Source of the DNA: Adineta vaga
Lineage: Eukaryota > Animalia > Rotifera
Length of the DNA stretch: 64,000 nt
NCBI GenBank assembly: GCA_021613535.1
Contig: CP075492.1
Location: 5,766,001-5,830,000 of the forward strand
Direction of reading: 5' to 3'
In this document: piece by piece, positions 40,582 through 54,066 of the stretch
Layout: the number at the start of each line of letters is the position of its first letter
How positions within the stretch are numbered: position 1 is the first letter of the stretch
Translations under genes and position numbers: made by a program
The notes under the pieces: generated by a model
What the model saw: the letters and a program-made list of their open reading frames with translations, nothing else
What the model was told of the DNA's origin: nothing
Databases searched by the model: none

Positions 40582-41261
40582 TGAAAATGAACAAATCCTT
40601 ACTGACTGTTGTTAATCTTTTTTCCACTAGTTTTATATGAATATACATTGATCAGATATCACCCACAGTGCTTGTATATACAATCAAGTATTTCATGCGT
40701 ACGAAAATTGTAAAGGAAACTGATGAGATAAGAACTAACAGTGGACATAATTCTTTTGAAAATTAACTATATGAACTGAAGTCAATTTGTATTGATTCAC
40801 ATCATAGCTCGGATGACATGATATAGTAGCATGCAGCGAATAGTTAGACTTAATAATTTTAGTATTGTTTATATTCTATTTATATAATATATGTATATAG
40901 AATTTTTGAGACATCTGATATACGTCATTAACTTTAAACTGGTAAAGTCATGTGTTTTAAGAGAAAACCAAGGACTTTTTTCTTGTTAAACAAAAACACA
41001 GTATTGTATATATTTTGCGTTGTTATCCAATTGAAGTATATTATAAACATACTTGTTGTTAATGAAAAACACAAAAAAAAGAGCAAATTATTTTCATTGA
41101 AATGTGTTTGACGACTTTAAGAAATATTAACTAATTAGATTTTCCCTAGAAAATGCAATTTTAATTTGAAGAAAAAAAAGTTATTTTTCTATCTCAATCG
41201 TCTCAAGCAAGACCGAGTATATAAATGAAGCAAACAAGTCGTTACTAACATGCAGAAGTAA

Positions 41262-41779
41262 ATGGCTAAAATTACAATCATCATTGCTCTCGTAAGGTGT
41301 TCTTTGTTGTTTCTTCAATTGAGAAAAAGTAAAGTTTTGTTTAGGTTTATGTAACTATTGCTACAGCTCGTGATACTCGTTTCGGACAACGCTTAATTAT
41401 GAACGGTGACATATCATCCCGTGTGCAAGTTCGTGCTGGTACAAATCAATGGTCATCAAAATTATGTGGAAATGATACATTAGCAAAAGAATTTCTTAGT
41501 GAAATTCAACAAATGATTACTACTCTTGAAGCTGATCATGATTATGATAGAGTTCTTCTAAAACGTGTAGCAGTTATTGCTTATTTGAAAAATACGGCGA
41601 ATGGAAATACTCTTTCATCAAATTGTACTGAATATTTTAATGGTTATAAAAATGCTCAAAAACTCGATCAAAAAACTGAAGATCAACAAATGAAATTTGA
41701 AGCAAATCTCGATCGTCTTTTCAAAAAAATCCTTTTGCCATTAGTCGGAGCTCGTTCTCTTTTAAATTCTGATTTTTAA
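41262..41779 (+). CDS. Small secreted helical protein of unknown function (2 exons)
   Basis: TATAAA at about 41220; signal peptide MAKITIIIAL|VYVTIATA split by an intron (41291-41344); two Cys. Confidence 0.75.
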
Positions 41780-42012
41780 ATTAAAAGAAATATATTTCCT
41801 TTCAAAAACACTATTGATAATGAAGTACACTTGAATTAATTCAAATAAAATATGATCATTTGAGAATATTATATACGCATTCGTCGATGACGACATCTTC
41901 ATTTCGTGATATGATAAGAATATGAAAAATAGAGGTATATTTTTTCGTCGAAAATATCTCGATGAAGTAAATAGAGAACAGAACGCAAAGATATTATTTT
42001 ACTTCAATCAAA

Positions 42013-44745
42013 ATGACATCAATACAACGAGTCAATAACTTTATCAATGGAAAATTTGTTCCAACTGAAAGTTATTTAGATAGTTTTAATCCAAGTACTG
42101 AAGATATTATTGCTCAAATAGCGGACAGTTCAGTAGAAGATGCGAATCAAGCTGTACAAGCAGCTCGACAAGCATTTCCTTCGTATGCTGTGAATGATTA
42201 GATTATCTTTGTTTGTATACTTTTTCTGTCTATGTATTTAGATGGAGCCGTGAAACTGCTGGAAAACGAGCACATTATCTAAATCGAGTAGCTGATTTAA
42301 TTCAAGAACGTTTAGAAGATTTTGCACGTGCTGAATCATTAGATCAAGGTAAACCATTATGGTTAGCACGTGCTTTTGAAATTCCACGAGCTATTGACAA
42401 TTTTCGATTCTTTGCAACAGCTTTAATGCAAAGTCGTGAAAGGTAGAATCAAATTTCTTTAGAAATAAACAAAACAAAATCTACTCATTTGCTAGTTTTA
42501 CTCAACATGGAACAGTACCTAATGTGATTAGTTATACCACTCGAACACCTATTGGTGTTGCTCTATTGATTAGTCCATGGAATTTACCATTATATTTACT
42601 AACATGGAAAATTGCTCCTTGTATTGCTTTTGGTTGTACTTGTGTTTGTAAACCAAGTGAATTTACATCTCTTACAGCTGGAATGCTTGCACAAGTCTTT
42701 CTTGATGCAGGTATGTAGACTTATATTGAACACTTCGTTTTATTTACATCGAGAAGATGTGACGAAAAGTAATTGACTTTTTTGATAATTGTACGAGGTT
42801 TTCTCGTTGAACTATTATTTCTGACGATGACTGATTTACGTTTAATTCCATACATCGATTTGCTTTCATTAGGATTTGTATGTTGTGTACCATTGAATGT
42901 TAAAGGTGGTTTTGTCATTGCTGTGATAATTGCATGTGTATTATTAACTTTAATATACACTTTATTCTTATCGATTGATATCGAAGTTGGAATTGTTTTT
43001 CTCATTAATTGATCTTGTTGACATTGTGAACGACGTTGAAGATTATTTATTAAATTGACTTTACTTCCATATAAATGATGATGAGATTCGACGAGATATT
43101 GTAAATGTTGTTTTCGTTGATGATGTATATAAAAACCGAGAATTATCAATAAAGCAAACCATATACTTAGTGTAGATAAAATGATAACGGTTAAACGCAG
43201 AAGAATGTTTTTTGCCGATTCACCTAAGAGATATTTATTGAAAAGATTTGACGTTTGATTATTCATTGTATTGTGAATGACTTGTGTCATCGTTTTCATT
43301 TTAAGAAAGAACCATGATGATAATTAAAAAAAAGCATTTTCTTCGTCTACTTCGTATTAGTTCGAGACGAATGGAAAGAGAAGTGCTGATGGTAGGTAGT
43401 ATGCATATGATCATAAAAGAATGTCAATTTATGTTAATGAATTTTTAATATAGTAAAAAAAAAAGAAGAACGAGAAATCTCAGTTGAGAATTAATAGATG
43501 TGTAGATTTCATAAAAGAAATAACTTAAAAGAATTACAATCTACGCCTACATCCGTAGTGGTAAAGAATGTTTCATAATTTTCTTTTTTCTCTTTACATC
43601 TAGAACTTCCTTCCGGTGTAGTTAACTTCATTTTTGGTGTCGGCCCACGGGCAGGTCAAGCATTAGTTACGCATCCGGATGTCAATGTGATTTCATTTAC
43701 TGGTAGTACAATCACAGGTTATCATATTAAAAAAGCTACGTCTCATTTATCGGTTAAATTATCGTTGGAAGTAAGAAAAATAATGATTTTCTTTACATGT
43801 ATAGAAAAAGAAAATATTAATTTTTTAGATGGGAGGAAAAAATGCCGGAATTATTTTTGATGATGTCGATCTTGTCAAATGTATTCCAGTAGTATTGAGG
43901 TAATTAATTTGGAAAAAGAATGGTTCATTTTCTTTTAAAACAGATTCAATGATTATTTAGATCATGTTTTCAAAATTCGGGTCAGATTTGTTTATGTACA
44001 AGTCGATTATATGTTCAACGAGGTGTCTATGATGAATTTCTGGCACAATTTCTTCCAGAAGTCAGGTACTTTACAAACAATTCTTTTTCATTTTGTTTGT
44101 TTTCTTTCAAAGAAAATTAACAGTAGGTGATCCATTTGATGATAGTACAAAAATGGGACCTGTTGTTAGTAAAGAACATAAAGCTAAAATTGAGAAATAT
44201 TTGGAATTAGCACGACAAGATGGAAATGAGATTATTACTGGTGGTGTCATGGATTCAAATATAAAATCAACAAATAAAGGTTATTACATTATGCCGACGG
44301 TGATTTTAAATGTTAATGATAAATCAAAACTTATGACAGAAGAAATTTTTGGACCTATTGTTTGTATTGTACCATTTGATACAGAAGATGAAGTATATAA
44401 TTTCGAAGAATAATTTATTTATTAGAGAATCTATGATGTTTTTAGGTTATTGAACGTGCAAATAATATTCCATATGGTCTTTGTGGTTGTATATGGACAG
44501 AAAATATCGGTCGAGCTCATCGTCTTGCTGCACGAATGGAAGTAAGATTTAAAAAAAACAAAAAAACTGATTATAATCTCGTGATTTTTGTTTAGTGCGG
44601 AACAGTTTGGGTGAATAGTTGGCTTATACGTGATCTTCGAATGCCATTTGGTGGTATTAAAGATAGTGGTATGGGTCGAGAAGGTTATCCATATTCAGAA
44701 GAAGTTTTTACTGAATTTAAAACTATTTGTATTAATATCGCATAA
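42013..44745 (+). CDS. ALDH8A1: 2-aminomuconic semialdehyde dehydrogenase (ALDH8A1-like), multi-exon
   Basis: [88 protein letters not shown]. Confidence 0.93.
42721..43299 (-). CDS. Single-pass membrane protein nested antisense in an ALDH8A1 intron (42711-43603)
   Basis: Intronless 192-aa ATG-initiated ORF with one TM ([23 protein letters not shown]) and a basic cytoplasmic tail; fills the only long ALDH intron. Confidence 0.65.
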   Translation of the reverse strand: MKTMTQVIHNTMNNQTSNLFNKYLLGESAKNILLRLTVIILSTLSIWFALLIILGFYIHHQRKQHLQYLVESHHHLYGSKVNLINNLQRRSQCQQDQLMRKTIPTSISIDKNKVYIKVNNTHAIITAMTKPPLTFNGTQHTNPNESKSMYGIKRKSVIVRNNSSTRKPRTIIKKVNYFSSHLLDVNKTKCSI

Positions 44746-45233
44746 GTTTTATTGAAATAAACATGACTTTCAATATTAAATGTTCTATCCTCAAAATGAA
44801 AGAGAAAATGATTTTCATTTAACTGAGTTAAACAGTACGAATGTGAATATGTTAACGTTAATTATGAATACAAGAACTAAGTGCTTATATACTGTGTTAT
44901 AGTTCATATTGATTACTAGTGACATCTATTTTGTAATTATGATAATGACAAAATAGGATTAGACTATGCGATAATTATCCAATCAAACGTAATGAATTTC
45001 CTAAAAAAACGATTTTTCATCATACTTTGTTTCTTTGATCAGATTGGATAATATTTCCTTTTGCATGACTCAATCTCATCAATTGAACTACTGCATTGCA
45101 TCTGTCTCGTCTTCTTCTTCTTCTTCTTTTGTCCCGAGAGAAATATCGATCGCATTTATGTTACGTTATATATTCTCCTTGAATACTTTGCAATAGAATT
45201 CAGTTCTTTTGAATTGTTATATCATCTTTTTAG

Positions 45234-48136
45234 ATGGCAACAAACGGTAATAGTGATGATAATGATTGGCAAAAATTGCCAACTGATCAAAAAGTTCAAC
45301 ACAAAGTAAATCCATAAAATAAATAAATAAAGAAGAATTTGTATTAATCTTCCATATTTTGTTTTCTAAAGATATGGAAAGCTCGTGTAGATGGTTATGA
45401 AGAATGTGTTAAACTATTTCGAACTCAAAACTCTGATCAAAGTCCTGAATTTAATAAATATGCTGGTTTAATGAAAAAATTCGTCATTGATTCGAATGAA
45501 AATGCACGTGAGAAAGCGTTGGATGCTGTATTTGCTTTTGTCGAAGAAGCAAGCATAGCTGGAAAGTGAGTTTCTTGAAAATTTCTAGATTCAATCGAGA
45601 AAATCGTTCATAAATAGAACTGTCAATGATGTTGCTTCTGGTTTAATTACAAAATGTTTAAATGGTCGAACAAAAATGCGAGAACGAGCATTTGATATTA
45701 TATTCATGTATATTGAAATTGAAAAACAAGCTGAAATCGAAGAAGAACTTGTTAAAGGTTTCGAAAATAAACAACCAAAAATTGTTCAAGCTTGTGTCGA
45801 ATTACTTCGAAAAGGATTAGCGTAAGTAATTGTACTAATCAATATCATATTCATTGAAGAATGTATCTTTTTCAGTGAATTCGGTTCGAAAGTTCTTCCA
45901 ATAAAACCATTTCTTAAACAGATGATTCCACTTCTCGATGATCGAGATAAAAGTGTTCGTGATGAATCAAAACTATTGCTAGTAGAAGTTTATAAATGGG
46001 TTGGCAAGCAAACATTAATGCCAATGATTCAAAATGTTAAACCAATTCAAGTATTGTCTAAAAGAAAGATTGTATATTTTTATATCTTAACATTTGATTT
46101 GATATAGATGCAAGAATTACAAACAGAATTTGATAAATTAAATTTAAATGGTGCTGATAAACCTCGACAAACACGTTTTCTTCGTTCACAACAAGAATTA
46201 AAACAAAAAATGGAAGATCCTACTGTGCCTTCATCTGTAATTATTGAAGATACAAGTGCTGAAAGTAAATATTGATTGATATCTCAAAATATTTAGTATT
46301 CATTTATTCTTCTAGTGCAAGAAGATCTTGATCCATTCGAAATGTTAGAACCAGTGAATATTCTTGAACGATTACCGAAAGATTTCTATGACAAACTTGT
46401 ATGTTTAACTTCACAATCAACGAATTTTTTCATCTAGTTTATTACTATGTCTTAGGAATCAAAACAATGGAAAGATCGTAAAGAAATTCTCGATGATCTC
46501 TTAACATTACTAACTCAAAATCCCAAGCCAACAGCAGATAATGATTATTCTGAATTGATGAAAATATTAAGAAAAGTAAGATATATATATATATATCGAT
46601 AATATGAATTTATTTATATTGACAATTTTAGATCATAGCTAAAGATAATAATGTTCCAGTAGTTCTCGTTGCTGCGAAATGTTTGTCAGCATTAGCAAAA
46701 GGTTTACGTAAAGGATTTAAAAATTATGCTTTAAATGTAAGGATTGATTTATATAAAATGATTTCTTTTTATAACGATAATGTTGATAATTTAGGTAATT
46801 GAAGTTTGTCTTGATCGATGTCGAGAGAAGAAAAATAATGTAATCGAAGTATTACGAGAAACATGTGAAGCAGTTTATCCAGCAGTAAGTTTGTAATTGA
46901 ACAAAAAACTTGTCAAAAGAAATGTGTTTATTTCGAAATTAGACGAATCTCGAACAATTTTCTGAAGTAGCAGGTGGATTATTAACTCATAAAACTCCTG
47001 TTGTTCGACAATGTACGCAACAATTTCTTACGAAATGTTTTGCAATGGCTACTCCAACAACATTACCAAAGAAAGTCTTGAAGGTTTACCTTACAGTATT
47101 AATTAAAGTATGTTTTTATGTAACATTTTTATTTTGAAAGAATTGAGAATTTTGTTGATTTAGAATACAACGGAAGCAGATGCAACTGTGCGTGATAGTG
47201 CATTTGAAAGTTTAGGAATGTTATGGAAATGTTTAGGAGAAAAACATGTTCTTCCGAATTTAACTGATTTGGATGAATTAAAACTGACTAAAGTAAGAAA
47301 GTTCATGTAAAAAAATAGAACTCGAATTGAAGTTAAGTTTTTAGATCAAAGAATATGCAGAAAAATCAGTTTTACTTAATCTTCGTGGTGAACCACGTTC
47401 GACTGCACCTATGATCTTATTACCAGATAGAAATATAACTCCAACAATTGTCAAGAAACCAACGACTGTTGAAGTTCCTCTTGTTAGATCTGCTCCTTTA
47501 AAATCTATCTCTTCTGCAAAGAAACCAAGTGTTATTTCAAAACCACCTACGGTAACGGCAACGGCAACTAATGAATCAATGGAAGAAAAGAAAAAAGATT
47601 TTCGACCACCAAAAGTAAATTATTTCTCCTTGTTTCATTGATATGTTCATTCATTGATCTTTTAGATTTCTGCATCTGCTCGTATTCCTCCTTCTCGAAG
47701 TAAACCAACAATTGTAAATACATCTGCATCTAAAGTGCGACCAACTACTGCACCTGTTTCAAAATCAGCCACAATTTCTACGACACAATCACGTAATCAA
47801 CGTTTAGTTCCAGTTCTTCTTCCACCTACAGCTAAAACTCGTCCAATACCAATTGTTTCCGCTAAGCGACGTTCATCAATCGATCCAACAGCATCGAATC
47901 TTCAACGTCAATCGACATCAACTGGCGGTTCAACATCATCTTTAAGTAGTACTAATACTCAAGCTTCCATTCCATATACACGTATAGAAACACCAACATC
48001 ATCGACGACAATAACTATACTTCGATCAGTTTCAAATGATATTATTGCTTCACCTAATTCGTCGAATTTCAATTCAAAAAGTCGTATACCTATACGAAAA
48101 ATCCCAATGACGATTGTTAAAAAATCTTCAGCATAA
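45234..48136 (+). CDS. CKAP5: XMAP215/ch-TOG (CKAP5/msps)-family protein with only TOG1-TOG2 plus a basic Ser/Thr/Pro tail
   Basis: [82 protein letters not shown]; then a low-complexity tail to TAA at 48136. Confidence 0.88.
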
Positions 48137-48926
48137 AATCGTCTTTTCTTATTCAATGTGAAGAGAGTGATCTATGAATTCTTCAAGTTTTCTTTTTCTT
48201 TCTTTCTTTCTTTCTTTTTTTGTACAATGTCTTCCACTTTATTTATTTATTTATTTATTATTAGAATCGGTTTAACATTTTTTTCTGTAACAATTAGCAT
48301 ATAAGAGAAATGAGACAATTTATATTTATCAGATATTGATTTTGATCAGTTCAGTATAAAAAAGAAAGTATTTTTTCTTGAATATACGTATATCGATGAA
48401 TTTATTATTCTATCTTTATACAAATAATACGATATTTAAGTGTAAAAATATGATTTTTTGCTTTTATCTGTACAACATTTGGCCGAGAACTCTGTTTTAC
48501 TCATTTTCTATGTGAACATATACACAACAGAATGAACAAGTCATACTGGATACAAGACCAGCAAGGATTACATAGGGTAAATCTCCAGAACGTAAAGTAT
48601 ATTGAACAGATGCTTGTATGAGTATATATTTGTTTGCGTTTAATAATTTTACTCAAGCAAAAATTGTCCAATAGAAAAATTATTTTTTTCAAAGATGAAT
48701 CATCGCTCGGAGAAATGACTATTTTTAGCATGCATCAATCATATATACAACGCAATTTACCTAGAACTATTTAATTATTTTCTCCGATATTGATCGAAAG
48801 TATATACAAGTGAAAAGAATAGATTTTCAAACTTTTTTATTACATACTCGATCGTTTATATCTGATATACAAAAAAAGAAAAGTACGCGAGAATAATTGG
48901 AAACGAAAAAGAAAAAACGTCTTTGA

Positions 48927-49133
48927 TCAATGATGAGCATGTTTCTCTTTTGCATATTCAGCTTTGCCGGCATGTTCTTGTTCTTTTATTTTGGCTTTGC
49001 CAGATTCAAATGCTGCATCAACACGATCACTTGGTTTTTCTCTTGGATCATTTGCTTTCTCTGCTTTCTCGTCAGCTTTTTTACCTTGAACACTTTCTTT
49101 GACTTTTTCGACACCAGCTTTAATAGCGTCCAT
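48927..49133 (-). CDS. Small hydrophilin (Grg1/LEA-like), copy 1, 68 aa
   Basis: A/K/E-rich MDAIKAGVEKVKESVQGKKADEKAEKANDPREKPSDRVDAA...HAGKAEYAKEKH; TATAAAG on the minus strand at about 49223-49229. Confidence 0.8.
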   Translation of the reverse strand: MDAIKAGVEKVKESVQGKKADEKAEKANDPREKPSDRVDAAFESGKAKIKEQEHAGKAEYAKEKHAHH

Positions 49134-49470
49134 TTGTTTGTTTTTGCTTTGAAGAAAATTTATAAAGTACGAATCGTAGTTTGTTGTAAGAACAGAATGA
49201 GGAAAAATAGAAGAAGTTCTTCCTTTATAAGGACTAGGAAAAAAACGAGGTTATTACGTACGAAATACTTTGCCGCTCACGTTATATATCAACGTTTCTT
49301 GTCAATGCGTATGTTTCATCTTCACTCGTTAGAAAAGAGGACAGATGAAGCTATGGTAATATCTTTTTAACAGAGAATAACTTTTTTTTTCTATTTCTGT
49401 GATTTATTACACAATAAAAAAAGAAATTATGAACAGACTTAAAAAACTTGTCTTTTAAAACGGACAGAAT

Positions 49471-49729
49471 TTAACTTCTGCGAGTATTAGCTTTGCAATC
49501 AGCTTTGCATTCGTGTTTTTCAGCTTTTGCTTCAGATTTAATAGCTTCATGAGCAGCATCAACACGTTCGGATGGTTTTTTTGATGGATCAACTGCTTTA
49601 TCCATTTTATCGTCAGCTTTTTTATGATGGAAAGCTTCTTGAGCCTGAAAAACAAAGTTTATTTCAATAAAACAATTAAAAAAATATTTATTTCTTTACT
49701 TTATGAGCAGCGGCTTTGATCTCGTCCAT
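49471..49729 (-). CDS. Small hydrophilin (Grg1/LEA-like), copy 2 (exons 49729-49700, 49644-49471); not in the ORF track
   Basis: MDEIKAAAHK|AQEAFHHKKADDKMDKAVDPSKKPSERVDAAHEAIKSEAKAEKHECKADCKANTRRS*; aligns with copy 1; TATATAAA at about 49811-49818. Confidence 0.8.
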
Positions 49730-50604
49730 ATTTAATTTGAAATAACGAATGAAATTGTTTGTATAAAGTAAATTGAATGAATGAATGATAAACAAGAGAA
49801 AATGGTGTGGTTTATATACATCTGTTCCTCGTTATGCATGATTGCTATCCGTATAGGAGTATTCGAGTACGATCAAATACGCAGTTTCTAAGTTGAATCA
49901 TTCTATCACTGGATGATATTCTATTAAATGAAAAATAACTATTTTCACAAACACATTATTGATAAATTTAGAAAAAAAATGTCGACGTCACTGCAAATGT
50001 GCATATACTTCTTTTTCTAATTATTTTATTTGATTGCGTCGTTTGATAACGCACATAAAACACACCCTGTCTTTAAATTCTGTAGTTTATTGATCATATT
50101 TCAATAACAAACATCATTCATAAATGGATTTCTATGAAATAAATGTATAAAAGAATTGAAAAAAAAATATGTCTCTCTATCTATTATCGATATCTTCATT
50201 TTAGTTTGATTGAAAAAAAAGGAGAATGAAAAATTTCCATATGTTGTCCACATTGATCGTCATCTTTTCATCCATATGCTATTCTTTTTTTGACAGATGT
50301 TTTCGCGTTCATATTTTTCTTTTTCTTCTCTTTCATCCGTCAGCCTTGACCAATAACTCTAAGAAATGTGAGCTACGTCATTGTTTTCTTTACATTGAAC
50401 GGACGAAGAATTCTCGTCGTGTTTTCTCTTCTCATTCAATTTGATTGAAGGTCAGTTCAAACATTCTGCCGCACGAATAAGATAGACTATTGGCAACGAT
50501 TACTCCACCCCATTATTATTATCTATGATTAATAACAAGTAAAAAACGAAATAATTCCATCATTCCATCGACATTCGACAGAGAAAAAAAAAGAAAAATC
50601 AACG

Positions 50605-51945
50605 ATGACAAATGAAAAATCTAAAATCAAAGTCGAAGATGAAAAGGATGAAATTAAAGTCTTTTCTGCTTCAAGTATGCTAAAAAGTGAACCAGATGCT
50701 GATATGGAAGAACGATTGTCACCTGTTGTTGAAGAACCAGTAAGTTTGATTCGATTTCATTGCATAAATTATCATCCTATATCTTATAGACAAGTCCAAT
50801 TACAAATAATTCAACAAATTGTACAAATTTTTCTGGATTTTATCCATTTCCATTTCTTTATCCATATTTTATGTCTGCAGCTGCAGCTACTGCACAATCG
50901 AATCCATCCAGTTTATTGACCGTAAGAAGATAATACGTACTCGAATTTCATTTATATATCCTTATTTCAATTAGATCAAACCATCGAATGAAACTCAAAC
51001 AAATCATCTATTTGGAACTGTACCCATGTCACCATTTTCATTTCCTGGCATACCGTTTCCTTCTGGTATGATCAATCAATCCTATCCATCTAATTTTTTC
51101 AATCCATTTGGTATTCCAACATCATCTACTCCTCCATCTCAAAAGTAAGTCTCGAAAAAACCGAAGTTGTCTGATTCAATCTTGCGTTCTTTTTGTTTTA
51201 GTGTGAATGTATCTCAAGGAAAATCTCGTCCAAAAAAACCTCATGTAAAGAAACCTTTAAATGCATTCATGATCTTTATGAAAGAACAACGTGCACATAT
51301 AATCGAAGATTCCACATTGAAAGAATCATCTGCAATTAATAAATTTCTTGGACAAAAATGGAAAGAATTATCACGAACAGAACAAGATCGATACTATGGT
51401 AAATATATGTATAAATGTTGATTTCATTTATAACTCGATCGATTTTTAGCTATGGCAAAAGAAGAACGAAATCGTCATTTAGAAATGTATCCCAATTGGT
51501 CAGCACGTGACAATTACGGCATGAAAAAGAAGAAGCAAACGACTAGAATCGAAAAACGAACTGTACATAAAGCAAAACCTTCTACTCCACATGATAATGG
51601 TCAGTTTTCATAATCTTATTCAACTTTTTAATATCATCTTCTCATTTAGATCCAAAGAAATGTCGAGCACGATATGGTTTAGAAGGTATCAATCAATGGT
51701 GTAAACATTGTCGACGAAAGAAGAAATGTACAAGATTTCTTGATGATGAAACAATCGATCATCAAACCTTATCCAATACAACTAGCTCACCAGGTACGCC
51801 GCAATCGGATACCGATGATATTTTATCACGACAAATCAATTCTATCGATGATGATCATAATGACAGTAATGAAGAAAATAAACACCAATTTCAATTGAAA
51901 TCTTCGAATGTGCCATCATATTTTACATCAAATTTTCTTTATTAA
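50605..51945 (+). CDS. TCF: TCF/LEF (pangolin) HMG-box transcription factor with C-clamp (multi-exon)
   Basis: N-terminal DEIKVF (beta-catenin-binding-like); [21 protein letters not shown]...[15 protein letters not shown]...[11 protein letters not shown]; C-clamp [25 protein letters not shown]. Confidence 0.95.
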
Positions 51946-52032
51946 CAAATTATTTCTTTGTTTATTGATGATTAAATATATGGCGTGTTTTGACCTATTT
52001 CTATGTATACAAAATTGCATATGAAGTTCTGT

Positions 52033-53470
52033 TCAAATCTGAATAGTTCGAGTCTTGAGTGGAATTATTTGTTGTTCATTTGTTTTGATTCTACGAAGAG
52101 CAAGACAGGCAATCAATTGTAGAAAATCTTTACGAAAAATTTTCGAGATAACTAAACGAATATAAAATTTAAAAGAATAATTCAATGCTCCAAGTGTTAA
52201 AAACCAATTCAATAGAATTTTATATGTTTTCCAACGTGTTGAACAATACTGATCGTGATTATAAAGACGATCATGTACTGTAAAGATTTCTAAGATAACA
52301 TGAGGGAAAATCGAAAATGAAATAGCGATAGTTACGAAGAGAATCAATATGGAATTTCTTTCTATTCGACGTGCATTCTCACTCAGATGATTTTTCGTTA
52401 CTCGTCGATGTTTACAACGATTATGTATTAAAATTATTGAGGATATATATGTGATTAATGATGGAATAGAAACGAATAATATCGCATGTATAAATGGCCA
52501 AAGACGAATTCTCCATCGATCGATAAAATCATGAAATTCACAAAGAAATAATGTCGTTTTTTTATCATAATAATAATAGAAATGATGTGGAATCATAACG
52601 ATAATAATAATGATTAGGATTACACAAATACGTATAAGAACATGACGTCGTGTAATTAAAGCTCGATAACGTGCCGGATAAAGTATCATTACACTTCGAT
52701 CGATAGACATTGATGCTAAATAAAGATTCGATAATATTGTTGGTCCAATTAGAAGACTATAGAAAATGCCACATGAAAAAATTTGTCGTGGATCTATTTT
52801 TATCAAAGACATATCAACACACCATAACCAGGAAACACCTATCAACATAAATAATAATTTGATTTATTGCCTTAATCTTTATATTCATATAGATGATCTA
52901 CTCAAGTTATTTTCCTTCGCTAAGAAATGTTTACCCCTTGATTATCAAAGAGTTTAGTGACAGTTGAATGAATTATTTTCAGCATGATTTCTATTTAATG
53001 TATTTGTTTAACCTAAGGTTTTGATCAACATATAGAATCATGATGATGTCAAATTCAATATTCCTACTCGTTCGAACAATAAATATTTATCTCATCATAA
53101 TTAGTTTCTATTCAGTCGATTTGTATAGTGTAAAGAACGATTCAAGGCTATTAACTTTCTGTCATTCGACATATCCGTTTCCGATTAATATCAACAATAA
53201 TTCATCTACAGAAGAAAAAAAACTCTAAAATTACAATGTATACAAACCGAAAAGAAAAATTAATTCACATATAGCTATTGCTATGAAATATAATGATACT
53301 GGTTGTTTTCGGTACACTTTATTCGTTGTAATTATAATAGAAAATACATGACCAGGGATGCCAAATAGAATACATAAAAGACCACATATACGCCAAATAA
53401 TGTATGATATATGTATTGCACTATTATAATTTAAAATACTCGGACAAATAGATGATGTTGTATTATTCAT
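52033..53470 (-). CDS. Class A peptide-receptor-like orphan GPCR (exons ~53470-53248, ~52841-52033)
   Basis: GIPGH in TM1, YFIAIAICE, LASMSIDR, IPH, FPH, ALNYSFKFY...FRKDF. Confidence 0.85.
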
Positions 53471-54066
53471 TGTATATTCAATGGAAGTTTTGTTTTCATC
53501 ATTGACATACTTCGGAGAATGAATGTCTCTATGTGTTTAACATAGAAAGAGGAAGAAAAAAGAGAAAGAGAGAGAGAGGAAAGAATTGTTTCTCTTTTAG
53601 ATTAGTAAATATGATTACCATGGAAACATTAGGAAGAAAGTTAATTGATATAATTTTCCGGAAGATTAGGAGATGTCTTTTGTTCATTTGAGATAATAGA
53701 ACAAATAAATCTCAACATTGAAAAAAGATGACTGCTGATTTTCAAGGAAGCATTTTCTTTTGTAGAATTCGATGATAACTCGAGTATTTTCCGAATAGGA
53801 TGAGAAATATAATTATAAGTATGGAAAATTTTTATCATCTAATAATAGCTGTTATAATAATCTCTTCATCTTTTACTTTTCGTCAAGGATTTAGAAAGCT
53901 TATTAAAAACTTATCTTGACTTAGATCTGTGCTTAAAAACCCATTTTTTCTTATCTTTTTTCAAACAACATAGATGAAATTTTCTAAAAGACAAAATATA
54001 AATGTTTTCTTTTATTTGTAAAGATATTTTGTGTCGTGAAAAAAAAACAAATTTTATAAGGATGAT

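Noticed and set aside
35944-44745. STRA6-like plus ALDH8A1 as a retinoid cluster
   Set aside because: ALDH8A1 is now assigned to the kynurenine pathway, and unrelated genes intervene; proximity alone is weak evidence
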